From contig CAWJAS010000001.1 of the NCBI GenBank assembly GCA_963840935.1, positions 706,790 to 770,789 of the forward strand: a DNA stretch of 64,000 nt, given 5' to 3'. Both the position numbers and the translations under genes were made by a program. Shown one piece after another: positions 37,901 through 48,342 of this stretch. How positions within the stretch are numbered: the stretch's first letter is position 1; each line of letters begins with the position of its first letter. Source of the DNA: Candidatus Magasanikiibacteriota bacterium. GTDB taxonomy: Bacteria > Patescibacteriota > Patescibacteriia > Magasanikbacterales > GWA2-37-8. The notes beneath the pieces were generated by a model. That model saw only the letters and a program-made list of their open reading frames with translations, was not told the DNA's origin and did no database searches.

Positions 37901-40900
37901 ATCATAAAACAAATCACGCATTTCGTCTGGATTCAAAGCTCTGGCATAAATCCTCACATCATCAATATCGGCTTTAAAAACAGAATCGCAACCCAAGTCT
38001 AACGCTGAGCATTTCATACAATTACCAACACTACTGCAAATTGGCGTACCAATTCGAGGTTTCCCTTCATACATATGACCAAAGGAGGACGGATAAGAAT
38101 CACTACCGGATAAAGCACCGTCGACATAACACGAAACATTTGTTTGCCCGGCTTGTCGATCAAAAACGACTGCTATGTGATGCCATAAATTATCATTAAC
38201 TTTATCTTCAGAACATAAATAATCCGCCCCGTTATATGAAATTCTATAACTTACCTTTCCATTGCTAATACCAAAATAATATCTATTATTCGTACTATTC
38301 GGATCGGCGTCATTTGTAACCGTATACGCCCGATACTGACTCGAGGTTGTTTTTATCCAATGAGCGATTGTAAAAGACCTATTACCAATATCTGTCGCTT
38401 TTGTTGCAACCAAATACGCCGGCTGTTCCAAATGGAGAGCCTGGCTAATTCGCCCGCTTAATAAAGATGCTTTTCCTGTTGATTGATTAATTACGGCTTC
38501 GAACCCGCGACCGGTACTATCAGGTAATTTCCCATAAGTAACATAATCCATCGGCCAAATGGCGACGGCTCCTCTGCCCCACTCAATACTTTTTATCATT
38601 CCACGCAAATCATTCAAACGAGTATAGTTTCTTTGTAATTTATCTTTTTGGTTATAGCAAAAATAATTGCTCTTTGTGGTTGTGGGACTGGCTTTTTTTA
38701 TTGCTTCCATTTGCGCCAGACAATCCATATCGTTTGAACACTGCATTCCATAATCTATATTTGCGCCACTATAATCGGATGCGCAATATGGATCGTTTTT
38801 TAAACGAAGATTGAATTTTAAATACTTAATTATTTGATTAAATACTTCTTTTGTTTGGGCGGTGGCGTCGCTATTAATGCTAAACTGGTAAATATTTGAA
38901 TAAATATTAAATGTTGTCGGGTTGGTGTATAGGGGCTGAACCAACGCATCAATATAATAATTATTTCCATCGGTCAAAGCGTCAAAACCGTCTATTTTTA
39001 CCGAGTTCATCTGGCCAGTGTAGCCTTGAGACGCATACCAATCACTTATTGATAAATGATTGGAATTATAAAAAATCTGAATACCAATGGCATCTTTGTT
39101 GTTATTATTAATAAAAATATATCTTTTCACATAAGGTGAACCAACTGACGGCGTCCAAATTTGGCTGGTTGTAACATTTGGCAAATCATCGGCTATACCC
39201 ACCATACCATAATCCATGCAATAATAGGTGGAAAAATCATGTTCCTCGTCCTTGAAAGGAAAATTATCAAGCGAGCCGGAAGGCCAGCGATTCTCGCATA
39301 AAAATACTACGATTCGCGACTTTCCAGTAACGATCGGGGAAGCGAGCGGAAAAATATTTTCTGTAAAACGTGATGTGGCTGTTAAATCAACTTCTCCATT
39401 GCGATTTTTGGCAGTAACCACATTCACGGTGCCGGTGGCGTTTGCTATGGCAATAAATTCATTTTGAGCAGGGCCCCAATCATATTCCCACGAATAACCG
39501 GCCACCGGTTGGATGTACTGGTCATTTTGAGAAATTGATTTTACCTCAAAATCTTCTGTAACGCCGGACTTATTAAACATGTGTTCATCCGGATCAATTT
39601 CCGCTTTGTCCAATACACATATTTCATTACCGGTAATAAATTGCCATTGTGCGGTATTGCCAATACTCACTCCGCGAACATCTTTTGCGCCGGGTCTAAA
39701 AATAATGGCGTAGTCGCTGTCAAAAGCGAGCGGTTTATTGAGACTAATCAAAACAGAGGAGGTTGAATTAACACCCTTTGGGTCATTAACAATAACGCTG
39801 GGCGTTCCTGTTTCATCGCCAACGCAATAAATATTAGCATTAAATTCACTACGCGGTGTGTCAGCCGATGCTTTTATGCCGAATAAATTTTTAACCCAAC
39901 CTGTAAAACCGGCCCATAATCTTTTATACCATGGTTGTATCTGGTCACGCGCGTCCGCGATATAGCCCCTTACAAGATCCGTCACATCAATTTGACCAAC
40001 CGGACATTCGGGGGTTGTCGTGGCAATATTATAGCCACGAGCAATATAAACTGCACCTGGCAGTGTATTAATATCAATTACCTTGTTAAAAGTGGCTTCA
40101 ATATATGTATTTGGGCAAACATCAAACGCGGTCGCAACCTCAGAACTTGAAGGCATGGTGCGAGCGGGATAAGTATCAATCAAGAGCGCGCGTTCATAAC
40201 AGCATGAATTTTCCGCCACACCCATAAGAGGATTATTTGTTTGTATTTGACATTCAAGATCAGTATTAAAACCGCATAAAATTTCGAATTGTCCTTTGCC
40301 GGATTCGGTATAAATTTTTTCATCAACTTCTTGCTCACCGGTTGCGGTAATATCTGTAATTTGCGTATTGTTGGGCGTGGTAGTACCAAGACCGATTCCA
40401 ACTGCCAAGGCCCAAGGGTCAACAAACTCGCGAACATAAACAAAATTCTTTTCGCAATCGGGATCTTCGCCAATACCGACAATACCGTCTCCACAAAGCG
40501 AAGAGGTAGAATACATTAAAGACGATCCTTCATATTGCCCGATTGAGTTACATCCTTCTGATTTGATTACACTTGTATAAATTGGATTATTTTCAATATC
40601 TCTCACTACTAATGTGGTGGTAGGTGAACATTTTTTTAGCGAATCATCAAACACATTTATCAAACAACGGTCTGTGCAAATGAGCAGAGGATTAGTTGCG
40701 TCCTCGCAGGCCTTATCTTCATCCGGACTGGCTATATCATCACCGCAAATACTTTTTGCCTTGGCGCAAGCGGTGTTGAATTCAGACATTGAAAATCCGC
40801 CATAGGTGGTAGTATTATTGTCATCAACGCACCAACCGGCATATAGCGCTGAACCTAAATGCAAACACTTTTCAGAACAAAATAGCGATGAAGTCGAACG

Positions 40901-43900
40901 CCAAAAATCGGGCGAGGTTCCAAGGTCGCAATCTTCGCCCACGCCAATCATGCCATTTCCACAAATTGATGCGCCAGTATCTTCGGCTCCGGTTTGAGGA
41001 GATGAACCGGCATAAAGACAATTTGATGTGCATCCAGCGGATGTGGCTGGATTATTTGGGTCACATTTTTCGCCTTTGAGCGGGTTTACCACGCCATCTC
41101 CGCACAAGCCGTAATCAATAGTACCACCATAAGATATGGTTGTTGTTACATTATTATTCCCCGGTCGCAAACAATTAAGAGTACACGCCACTGTATCACC
41201 TATTTTTCGAGGAGGGTCGCAGTCTTCCCCGGCTTCCACCGCCATATTCCCACACAAAGGTTCCATTACTCCACCATAGGGAATTGAACTTCCTTTTTTA
41301 ACACAATTGGCGGTGCAAAAAGAATTTTTTCCTTTTGTTTTAAATTCCACAACCTCGGCAACCAAAATATCGCTTGATGCCCAATCCCAATCAAGCGACC
41401 ACGCGTTTAGCAATTGGCCTTCCGGGTCACAAGAATCCGGCGCTGAACGAGCCTGGGAAGAATAAACTTTGCGCGAATCAATGGTCAGGGCTCTATACAA
41501 AACCGGAGTTACCGTCACGCTGTCAACCGTGCATTTTTCACTTTTTGTTCTGAACCTCCAGCTAAACGCCTCTTGCATTGGCTTACCTTGAGATGATGGT
41601 TCATTAATTGTTTTTTGAGACCAAAGCTGTGAAGTTTGGTCGCCCACACTATCACCCGTTTTGGACAAAACCACCAAATACAAGGTATCTTTTTGCCATT
41701 CAGGATTTGGGTCTTCTGTTGTCGCCATCGGAACAATACTTAAAAACCTTAAATCATCGCCAAACTTCACATCCAAATCATAAGACGGAATCTGAACAGT
41801 AGAAGAACAATTTTCATCAAAACACTTATAAACTTTCACGCCATTATCAACATTATATGATGACATTCGAATATTAAATCTTGCTCCAATTTCCGCGTTA
41901 GTACATGCTTCCAAGCAATTCGGCCAATAATCAACCACGCGCGGTTTTGACAAATCAATTGTTAACGGACTAACACCGATTTTTTGATCATAATCAAATT
42001 CATTTATACCTTGATAAAGGGCAAAAACTTCTCCGGGCGTTAAATCTTTTTTGTATATTCTCACGTCGTCAATATCGCCGTGCCAAAATTCATTTGGGGT
42101 TGGATGAATTTGCGCGCCGATGTATGCATATTGTTGTACCAAATACCACCCCGGTTTGGCTTCTTTCGCCACTTGAACTCCGTTTGCATATAATGTGGCA
42201 TAAGTTCCGTCATAAGTTAAACAAATATGATTCCATATATCCGCCTGCCAAAAATTATTGACTTGAATATCATCTCCATATCCACCGGCAACCAAATGAC
42301 TGCCCAATCTTCCGATAAACATCGCTCGTCCGGTTCCCATCGAACCATAGGCAACCAGCCATTTATATGAAAAATTGACATCGGACGTTTTACCCCAAGC
42401 GCACATGGTTCGCGAATTTTTTGCATCCGGCAGAATCCACGGATTTGACAATACGACTACGCCATCAGTACCGTTCAATCTTATTGCCCTGTTTATTTTA
42501 CCATTCACAAAAGTAACCCCGCCTTGAATAACACCGTTATTTTCATCACCACCCATACTCATATCCAAAACATTATCTCCATCAAAAGTCCACCAACTTA
42601 TCAAGCCATTCTCTGAAGCAAGACTGCCCTTAGTGGCGGTTGCTTCAATGTTTGCCGCGTCTTCCGGATTTACTAATCCCACACTTACGGTATTGCTCAA
42701 GGCTGAAACTTGTTGCATATTGCCGTTCGTGCCTGTTGAAGCTCCGTACAGTTCAGCGTAACTATTTCTGCCGGCCTGAACCGACCATTCCCATTCATAA
42801 CCATCCATATTCATCATTATACATTTTTGGTCGCTTAGCCCAGTCCCGCGATAATAAAAATCCGTCCCCAAATCGTCCGTATTATCTTTAATATCTCGCC
42901 TCATAATCGGTTCTTCCAAAATTGACGTCCAATATGTATACGGGGTAACCACTACTCGTGCCAATTTACAATCCCGCGCGTCTGTTTTAAAAACAAAACA
43001 ATAAGCCGAATCTGCTCCGCAAGTGCTTTGTGGTTTTAGATTTTGGGGGCCCAAAGCAATTTCATCATCGCCATACATATATGATGTCGGCGCCGACATT
43101 AAATCTGTTTGCAATACAACATGATAATAAGTATCATCTTCCCACTGTCCGCTTTGCGGAAACATTTGAACATAGTCATGATTGGCATTTTCCACGGCCG
43201 AAGCGGGATACAAAACATAGCTATCATTTTTCATTTGTACTGGCCCGCCAACATGTACACAAGAATTGACTGTTGGAAAAAAAGCTCCTTCTAATGAAGA
43301 TGTGGTACATTTAAAAACTTGGATATTATTCGCATTTACAGAACTCTGTAACATTCTCATGGAAAATTCAACCGTTATTTCAGCTGTCCGACATACATTA
43401 AAATGATCGTTGTTTTCAGACAATGACCAGCGAATATTCGGTGATGGTGATGGTAAATTCAATCCTAAATCCGTTTCGCTATTACATCTTTCAACAACTC
43501 TCGCGGTCGGAGGGAAAGGCCCTGTGTTAAATCGCCACATATAACCGGTGGATCGCGTTTGTCCATCGCACAATTCCGTATTCAAACGACAAATTCCGGC
43601 ATCATTACCGGCAGTGCAACATTGATAAGCCGGACTAGCACAAGTATTATTATTTTCTAAACAATTAAAAACAGTAAAGGGCATGCTGTTGCCCATCTTT
43701 CCATCAGTTGAGCGATACATGACGACCGGACCCGTCTCTGTATCCCAAGGCGGTTGAACAACCGCACGAGTATTGGAAACGGAAATGGTACCAGTGGTTG
43801 TTCTTCCGGTGATCGACAAAGGATCGGCGGCTGATAGCCAAAAATACGGCACGGCCAAAACACTGTCCCTGGTATAATATTCACCAAATATCTGCATTGT

Positions 43901-46171
43901 CGCCGTTTGGGCAAATGGAATTGGACCGCTGGCAGGGTCAATTTTACAAATACCCGGAGCGGGGTTACCTGACTCCAAAGCAAAAGTTGCTCCAACCGGA
44001 CTAATTGCGTTATCGCTTGAACGTTGAATTTGAACTTTATAATTTCTGCCCTCCTGTACGCTTGAAGTTGGGAACTTCACTACCACTTGCTTGTCACTCC
44101 AAGTTGCGCCTTCACACTCTTCCGGGAAATCAAAAGTTCCATAAACCGCTTCGGTTTCTTCGTATTTAAATAATACTTTTCCCGTATAACTGCCAAAATT
44201 TTTACCGGTGATTGTAATGTATTCCCCTCTCGCGCCATCTTCAGGATAAATACTCTCAATCATCGGCGCGCCTGAATCCAAAACTTCTCGCACGTTAAAC
44301 TGAACGCTGTTACTATTTTTATTATCATTCATTAATTTTACGGGAACAGCGCCGGTTCCAAGAGCCGGCACTCGAGCTGTCACGCTATTGCTTGACCAGT
44401 TATAAATTATCGGAGTGGAAGAAGCAAAAAATACATTATCTTGGCCTTGCGTTTGGCTTGACCCAAAATTCTCACCAATCAAAACAACATTTGTATATGG
44501 AGCGCCATAATTTGGCACAACGGCGCAAAGCCCGGGCAACAATTCATCATTAACAGTAAAATTCCCTTGGTAGCCCCAACCATCGTTATCTGTGACATCA
44601 ACAAATTTTGTTTCTTCCGTGCCCGCGGTTTCCACTTTAATCGGACCGGTTATGGCATCAGGAGGAACTTTGACAATAATTTGCGATTTAGTCCAATTAT
44701 CAATTCCAGCTCCGCAATTCGCCACAAATGCTTCCGACCACCCGTCCCCTTCTGATTTTCTAAAATAAACATGACCGCCGTCATCACCAAAATATTGACC
44801 CCAAATTGAAACATAGGTGGTGCTAGCGGCACCTGCGGTCGGACTAAAACCGTTGATTCGCATTCTATCGACACAAATTCCTTCTTCACACCAACCACTA
44901 GCGCAATCGCTATTCTCGGTACATGATTCACCGGCGCACGAGCCACATTCGCCTCCACAAGCCGGCGGACCGGCAATAGTTTCTCCAAAATTTAGCTGGT
45001 CATCAAAACAATGGCCGGCTAAAAGCATAATATCGCGTGAAGTTGAAGCAGACAATGCGGCATTATCAAAAACAATTGATTCTAATGAATATGTACCAGT
45101 TGGTGACGTGCCGGACGACCAATTTAATGTGGTGGTGCCAGATTTTTGGCACCCGCTTATTGACTGGCTATCGATTGGCGTACCGTTAACATATAATGAA
45201 ACATTTTGAACACCAAAATTATCGGTATAATATATTTCTACCGGTACCACCGAACCTTGGGCAAATGATTGATTGTTAAAAGGATTGATTATCGCAATGG
45301 TCGGCGGGTCGACATCGACACTATCTCCGGTAACAAATTCAACCGCCGGAGTGTTTTTGCATTGAAGTTTATAATTCCCAACATTACAATTCAAACTTAA
45401 CGCATCCTGACTTTTTATATTTGAAGAATTTACAAAATATATTTGATAAGTAGTGCTGGCATCTAAACAATCATTTTGTGGCGGTTCCACTCCGCAATCT
45501 CCGATTGGGTCAAAAACAATCGCGTTTTGTTTATCAATAGAAACCAAGCGCCAAATTCCCTCTGCCGGCGCACCCGTTTGCTTATTTCTTATTACCAAAT
45601 TATCGGGAACTGTGGCAATGTCAATCGCTTTATTGAAAGTTATTATCGGGTGAATATTCCTGATACCGCAACCCAAATCATCGCCCGGCATTGAGGTGAT
45701 ATACAAAACATTGGTAAACGACCCCGGAGGGCCACCCGGACCGCCAGGACCCCCTTCTCCGCCGGTGGTGGCGCTGACCAATGCATTAATAACAAAACTG
45801 GCAATGGCATAGGCGGATAAAATAATCGCCAAACCGATTGCCGCGTTAACCAAAATCTTTTTTGCTTTTTGTATTTTTTCTTCATTTCCGCCGGCTGTCA
45901 TCCAGACAAATCCGCCATAAAGAATGAGAACCAGTGCGACAATTCCCAAAAACCCCAAAGCCACCCTAATAATTCTTGCCACCACCAAACGAATGTCTGT
46001 GGTCGGTAGCCCGATAGTCTCCCCGATTTCATCCATTTGCATCTCATCGACAGTGATGAGTCCTGTGGCAGGCTCTGTTTGAGCCAACACTTGAAGAGCA
46101 AAAAATAGACCGGCCCAAATTATTACGACCAGAAGCAGTGAAGATAAAATTTTTCTTTTTTGGCCGATCAT
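34931..46171 (-). CDS. Giant (3,746 aa) membrane-anchored extracellular protein. Domains are an N-terminal two-TM module, multiple concanavalin-A-like/LamG lectin domains, a vWA domain, more than 8 Myxococcus-type cysteine-rich repeats, and Ig/IPT-like beta domains.
   Basis: One uninterrupted 11.2-kb ORF. LamG signatures are DDVRIY(A/K)xxL, repeated at least 3 times. The vWA MIDAS motif is YYFLVDLSGSMNY...LVTDGAS. The Cys-rich repeats are CGDGxxxxxEECD, CGNGVLDSGEFCD, CGNGIVDEFEACD and similar. The N-terminus (...GLPTTDIRLVVARIIRVALGFLGIVALVLILYGGFVWMTAGGNEE...) is paralogous to the upstream 711-aa protein. Confidence 0.85.
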   Translation of the reverse strand: MIGQKRKILSSLLLVVIIWAGLFFALQVLAQTEPATGLITVDEMQMDEIGETIGLPTTDIRLVVARIIRVALGFLGIVALVLILYGGFVWMTAGGNEEKIQKAKKILVNAAIGLAIILSAYAIASFVINALVSATTGGEGGPGGPGGPPGSFTNVLYITSMPGDDLGCGIRNIHPIITFNKAIDIATVPDNLVIRNKQTGAPAEGIWRLVSIDKQNAIVFDPIGDCGVEPPQNDCLDASTTYQIYFVNSSNIKSQDALSLNCNVGNYKLQCKNTPAVEFVTGDSVDVDPPTIAIINPFNNQSFAQGSVVPVEIYYTDNFGVQNVSLYVNGTPIDSQSISGCQKSGTTTLNWSSGTSPTGTYSLESIVFDNAALSASTSRDIMLLAGHCFDDQLNFGETIAGPPACGGECGSCAGESCTENSDCASGWCEEGICVDRMRINGFSPTAGAASTTYVSIWGQYFGDDGGHVYFRKSEGDGWSEAFVANCGAGIDNWTKSQIIVKVPPDAITGPIKVETAGTEETKFVDVTDNDGWGYQGNFTVNDELLPGLCAVVPNYGAPYTNVVLIGENFGSSQTQGQDNVFFASSTPIIYNWSSNSVTARVPALGTGAVPVKLMNDNKNSNSVQFNVREVLDSGAPMIESIYPEDGARGEYITITGKNFGSYTGKVLFKYEETEAVYGTFDFPEECEGATWSDKQVVVKFPTSSVQEGRNYKVQIQRSSDNAISPVGATFALESGNPAPGICKIDPASGPIPFAQTATMQIFGEYYTRDSVLAVPYFWLSAADPLSITGRTTTGTISVSNTRAVVQPPWDTETGPVVMYRSTDGKMGNSMPFTVFNCLENNNTCASPAYQCCTAGNDAGICRLNTELCDGQTRSTGYMWRFNTGPFPPTARVVERCNSETDLGLNLPSPSPNIRWSLSENNDHFNVCRTAEITVEFSMRMLQSSVNANNIQVFKCTTSSLEGAFFPTVNSCVHVGGPVQMKNDSYVLYPASAVENANHDYVQMFPQSGQWEDDTYYHVVLQTDLMSAPTSYMYGDDEIALGPQNLKPQSTCGADSAYCFVFKTDARDCKLARVVVTPYTYWTSILEEPIMRRDIKDNTDDLGTDFYYRGTGLSDQKCIMMNMDGYEWEWSVQAGRNSYAELYGASTGTNGNMQQVSALSNTVSVGLVNPEDAANIEATATKGSLASENGLISWWTFDGDNVLDMSMGGDENNGVIQGGVTFVNGKINRAIRLNGTDGVVVLSNPWILPDAKNSRTMCAWGKTSDVNFSYKWLVAYGSMGTGRAMFIGRLGSHLVAGGYGDDIQVNNFWQADIWNHICLTYDGTYATLYANGVQVAKEAKPGWYLVQQYAYIGAQIHPTPNEFWHGDIDDVRIYKKDLTPGEVFALYQGINEFDYDQKIGVSPLTIDLSKPRVVDYWPNCLEACTNAEIGARFNIRMSSYNVDNGVKVYKCFDENCSSTVQIPSYDLDVKFGDDLRFLSIVPMATTEDPNPEWQKDTLYLVVLSKTGDSVGDQTSQLWSQKTINEPSSQGKPMQEAFSWRFRTKSEKCTVDSVTVTPVLYRALTIDSRKVYSSQARSAPDSCDPEGQLLNAWSLDWDWASSDILVAEVVEFKTKGKNSFCTANCVKKGSSIPYGGVMEPLCGNMAVEAGEDCDPPRKIGDTVACTLNCLRPGNNNVTTTISYGGTIDYGLCGDGVVNPLKGEKCDPNNPATSAGCTSNCLYAGSSPQTGAEDTGASICGNGMIGVGEDCDLGTSPDFWRSTSSLFCSEKCLHLGSALYAGWCVDDNNTTTYGGFSMSEFNTACAKAKSICGDDIASPDEDKACEDATNPLLICTDRCLINVFDDSLKKCSPTTTLVVRDIENNPIYTSVIKSEGCNSIGQYEGSSLMYSTSSLCGDGIVGIGEDPDCEKNFVYVREFVDPWALAVGIGLGTTTPNNTQITDITATGEQEVDEKIYTESGKGQFEILCGFNTDLECQIQTNNPLMGVAENSCCYERALLIDTYPARTMPSSSEVATAFDVCPNTYIEATFNKVIDINTLPGAVYIARGYNIATTTPECPVGQIDVTDLVRGYIADARDQIQPWYKRLWAGFTGWVKNLFGIKASADTPRSEFNANIYCVGDETGTPSVIVNDPKGVNSTSSVLISLNKPLAFDSDYAIIFRPGAKDVRGVSIGNTAQWQFITGNEICVLDKAEIDPDEHMFNKSGVTEDFEVKSISQNDQYIQPVAGYSWEYDWGPAQNEFIAIANATGTVNVVTAKNRNGEVDLTATSRFTENIFPLASPIVTGKSRIVVFLCENRWPSGSLDNFPFKDEEHDFSTYYCMDYGMVGIADDLPNVTTSQIWTPSVGSPYVKRYIFINNNNKDAIGIQIFYNSNHLSISDWYASQGYTGQMNSVKIDGFDALTDGNNYYIDALVQPLYTNPTTFNIYSNIYQFSINSDATAQTKEVFNQIIKYLKFNLRLKNDPYCASDYSGANIDYGMQCSNDMDCLAQMEAIKKASPTTTKSNYFCYNQKDKLQRNYTRLNDLRGMIKSIEWGRGAVAIWPMDYVTYGKLPDSTGRGFEAVINQSTGKASLLSGRISQALHLEQPAYLVATKATDIGNRSFTIAHWIKTTSSQYRAYTVTNDADPNSTNNRYYFGISNGKVSYRISYNGADYLCSEDKVNDNLWHHIAVVFDRQAGQTNVSCYVDGALSGSDSYPSSFGHMYEGKPRIGTPICSSVGNCMKCSALDLGCDSVFKADIDDVRIYARALNPDEMRDLFYDSLPYNGGYPNLPENTYLPGHAFSVWPTTWSDLGSQLNTQLPVDPINKLAQSGTCFLPVSGNQYEACFRDADCATIPISGRSSYWTADEGNKDEGAIGNNATIEGTVQTVAGKGHGKAFEFAGDSSAKVVAGNFDEYNGDNFSVSAWIYPTKRNTATIIKKGGSDGDGNSLGGFILEYSGLQFTGSQVRFNNGTIRFAIFPEASNPNKYYAIDSQEPLGLNQWYYISATFNKNTKTGKLYINGNLVSETFRVPPNGASVTITEPSFPYATNTLSIEMGESFNGKIDNIAFYSRELDTAEIGNLYAGLCVLHDPVTGWSAEDRRFSFACNTSSYAYRYSFVSTTQSYLLRANLETLQSPEPQNYFNFLNDFTFNKVLFEYGVCASANEISSPYNVYCGDGVLGSGEECDPPGSVSYNTVACPASATKKTCNSQCAWGAESLTTCAEAIGGTCGDGKIQYSIGEVCDDGLLNGQPGRCNTGCSGIFQTCGNGVLDSGEFCDTVLATATQPVTCAYRPGVETKKGFTTEPVYYFLVDLSGSMNYSFSGAATPPPGEKSRLQYVQEQLPLLAVQFAESETKAKIGIGSFRSSNIFVDYLDPDIKFAMPVEVAGVVGTFAASGGTPTGAAIKWWRENIYENFSEEDKQRQINLILVTDGASTGVPTPTEEITLLNSPGYGVLTYVFGVAYFTQAFNDWAAAGGTYQYIPINDSSDSILDQMLEIYYSQPCRQYDIFNAFSCNWNCTGFGGYCGDGMLQTDSGEQCEGTTPVPCTTDGGFSGTAECLNCQLQECIADSAVPTVGVCGNGIVDEFEACDRGEDENGIICTPIYPQQNCTYCSADCKNVITKDIVCGNGILNESELCDPGMSNGGFARTMFIDEVDRCLPCKTDCTGWDVSKSVVNSISSGCAVNSFPVSLTDPINLVGRGYCGDGIRQGVLNINYASGLLIPPYPWINFSYEECDIDPSNCPACTVFGQVKSCTNQCRCSCVFPSLL

Positions 46172-46186
46172 GAAAACATTTAAAAA

Positions 46187-48322
46187 TTATATTGACGGAC
46201 TGGTAAGCGGTATTAATAAATTTGACCTGCAATTATCCGGGTCGTTTTCCGCCGGATTTCCGTTGCAACAGAAAACAAGTGCCCCATCTTTAATACAACA
46301 ATTATCGGGATTTTTATCGCAATAACCGGACATTTTTGAAATATCATAATTTGGCCCTTCCAAAGGCCCCTGGCCCGGATACAAACAGTTGAAATGCGCA
46401 TCTTCAACATTGGAATCAATATACGGAATATAACCCTGAGGCAAACCATCCAAAAATGGACCGTGATTCATGATTGTTCGCGTAATTGGGGTGGTTGAGC
46501 TAAAAACAACAAAAGGCACTTTCCAGATTAAATCCAAAATACATTGTTCGGATGATAATTCATAATAAACGCATCTTTCTTGCGGTGTCGGTGATTCTTC
46601 AATACTAATATAATACATCGGGTCGATTCGCATGCGCTTGTCAAACCACATATTCCAGGCTTCGTTAGCCGAAACCCATGGCGCTTCGGGCCCGGGAATA
46701 ATTTGAGAAATAATTGGCGGGGTTAAATCCAATTCATCTTTGAGTGCAAATCCCCAAAAATAATGGTCTGGCAATTTCCAACCCTGTCCGGTCGGCACAA
46801 AAACAGGTTCAATTGTCGGGCCAACATCAACCAAGCTATTCTTATTACCGTCAAGCGCGTTGCCACAAATATCAGCCACACCGGTAAAAGGATTTGATTC
46901 AAAAGTATTTGGAGAAATAGTGGAGGCGGCTTTTAATAAAATTTCATAACTGTCTTGACTGCAATCCGCTCCCTCGGCATCGCAAACAGGCATGCAGTAA
47001 ACCGTGTTGCCACAAGCATTTTTACCGCAAGGGACTGAAGGGGTAAATTCCAAAGTCTGATAATTATTCACCAGATTAAAAGCGCCGATCGGCATGGTGC
47101 TCTCTTGATTTTGTATGAATATAAATCCGTTTTGCAAATAATAATACCCATAACTTGAGGTGGCAAAAATACCTTGCACGCCAATCGGATCCATCGGTTC
47201 ATTAAAACTAATTTGAACAACCGTATTTTTGTATTCAACGGTATCAATTCCCGGATAAACATCAATCACATATGGTGGAGATAAATCCAATTCAGTTCCG
47301 CAAGTAAATTGCCATTCATAATATTTTGAACCGGACAATCCGTCAAAAATTCCCGGATTACCCAAATCCGGTTCATCGCGCTTAATGTCTTTGCCAAGGT
47401 GCACCAGATATGAAACATCTTCGGTTTCAGAGCCAAGATATTCAAGCGGACGAATTACTATTGTGTAAACACCGGCAATACCAGTGGCCGGGTCCACACT
47501 CGGCGATGCCATAATAGCCGCCCCGCTTATGGGAACATATGTCGGGGTGCCGGTGGCTGATTCCGCCGGAATAATAGCCGTAATATTTATTAAATTATTA
47601 TCCAAAATTATCTGGTCGCAATCTGTCGACCAATCGTTAAGTGGGGTTTTGCATGTACCAAAAACACCGTCATAATTAGTGTCTTCTGCCAAATTACTCA
47701 TTTGAATAGGACGGAAAAATGAAATAACTATTTTGGTATTGCGCGGAACATTAGTTTGATTACGATTTGGATAATGGTCTTTTATCACTCGTCCCAAAGC
47801 TCCACTTCCGCGGAAATTTTGTGTTCCGGGCGCTGCCATCGGGCCCATCATTCCTTCACCCATGCCGATTCCAAGCATGCGCATTACAAAAAGAACGATT
47901 GCATAAGCCGACAAAATAATAATCAAACCAATCACGGCGTTGGTCAATGTTTTTTTGGCTTTTCCAATCTGTTCCTCGTTGCCCGCCGCAGTCATCCATA
48001 GAAACCCACCATAAATAATAATTACCAATAATACAATGCCCACGAGTCCAAGAGCAATCCTTATAATATTGGCAATAATCAAACGGATATCGGTCGCCGG
48101 CAACCCAATCGGTTCTTCAATCATTTCTATCCCTTGAATCAATTCGGAATTGGGATCGGCCTGACTGACAATATCTTCGGCTTGAACTTTTAACGCGTTA
48201 CCAAAAGCAAAGTAAAAACAAAAAACCGCCACAAATAATAACCCTCCTATTGTGGCGGTCCTTTGAAATTTTGAATATGGTCTATTTATCCATTGAAGCA
48301 TGGTAACAATGAAAAAATACAA
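46187..48322 (-). CDS. Large (711 aa) membrane-anchored extracellular protein sharing the N-terminal two-TM module with the giant protein. It forms an operon pair with it (15-bp gap).
   Basis: The N-terminus EPIGLPATDIRLIIANIIRIALGLVGIVLLVIIIYGGFLWMTAAGNEEQIGKAKK aligns to the giant protein N-terminus. The remainder is beta-rich and Cys-containing. Confidence 0.8.
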   Translation of the reverse strand: MYFFIVTMLQWINRPYSKFQRTATIGGLLFVAVFCFYFAFGNALKVQAEDIVSQADPNSELIQGIEMIEEPIGLPATDIRLIIANIIRIALGLVGIVLLVIIIYGGFLWMTAAGNEEQIGKAKKTLTNAVIGLIIILSAYAIVLFVMRMLGIGMGEGMMGPMAAPGTQNFRGSGALGRVIKDHYPNRNQTNVPRNTKIVISFFRPIQMSNLAEDTNYDGVFGTCKTPLNDWSTDCDQIILDNNLINITAIIPAESATGTPTYVPISGAAIMASPSVDPATGIAGVYTIVIRPLEYLGSETEDVSYLVHLGKDIKRDEPDLGNPGIFDGLSGSKYYEWQFTCGTELDLSPPYVIDVYPGIDTVEYKNTVVQISFNEPMDPIGVQGIFATSSYGYYYLQNGFIFIQNQESTMPIGAFNLVNNYQTLEFTPSVPCGKNACGNTVYCMPVCDAEGADCSQDSYEILLKAASTISPNTFESNPFTGVADICGNALDGNKNSLVDVGPTIEPVFVPTGQGWKLPDHYFWGFALKDELDLTPPIISQIIPGPEAPWVSANEAWNMWFDKRMRIDPMYYISIEESPTPQERCVYYELSSEQCILDLIWKVPFVVFSSTTPITRTIMNHGPFLDGLPQGYIPYIDSNVEDAHFNCLYPGQGPLEGPNYDISKMSGYCDKNPDNCCIKDGALVFCCNGNPAENDPDNCRSNLLIPLTSPSI

Positions 48323-48342
48323 AAAGTACGCGTTTGAATTAT

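Noticed and set aside
35151-48001. Dozens of 60-130-aa plus-strand ORFs inside 34931..48322
   Set aside because: They are antisense to the continuous 3,746-aa and 711-aa ORFs and have junk composition (Cys/Trp/His-rich, no motifs). The long minus-strand frames explain the region.
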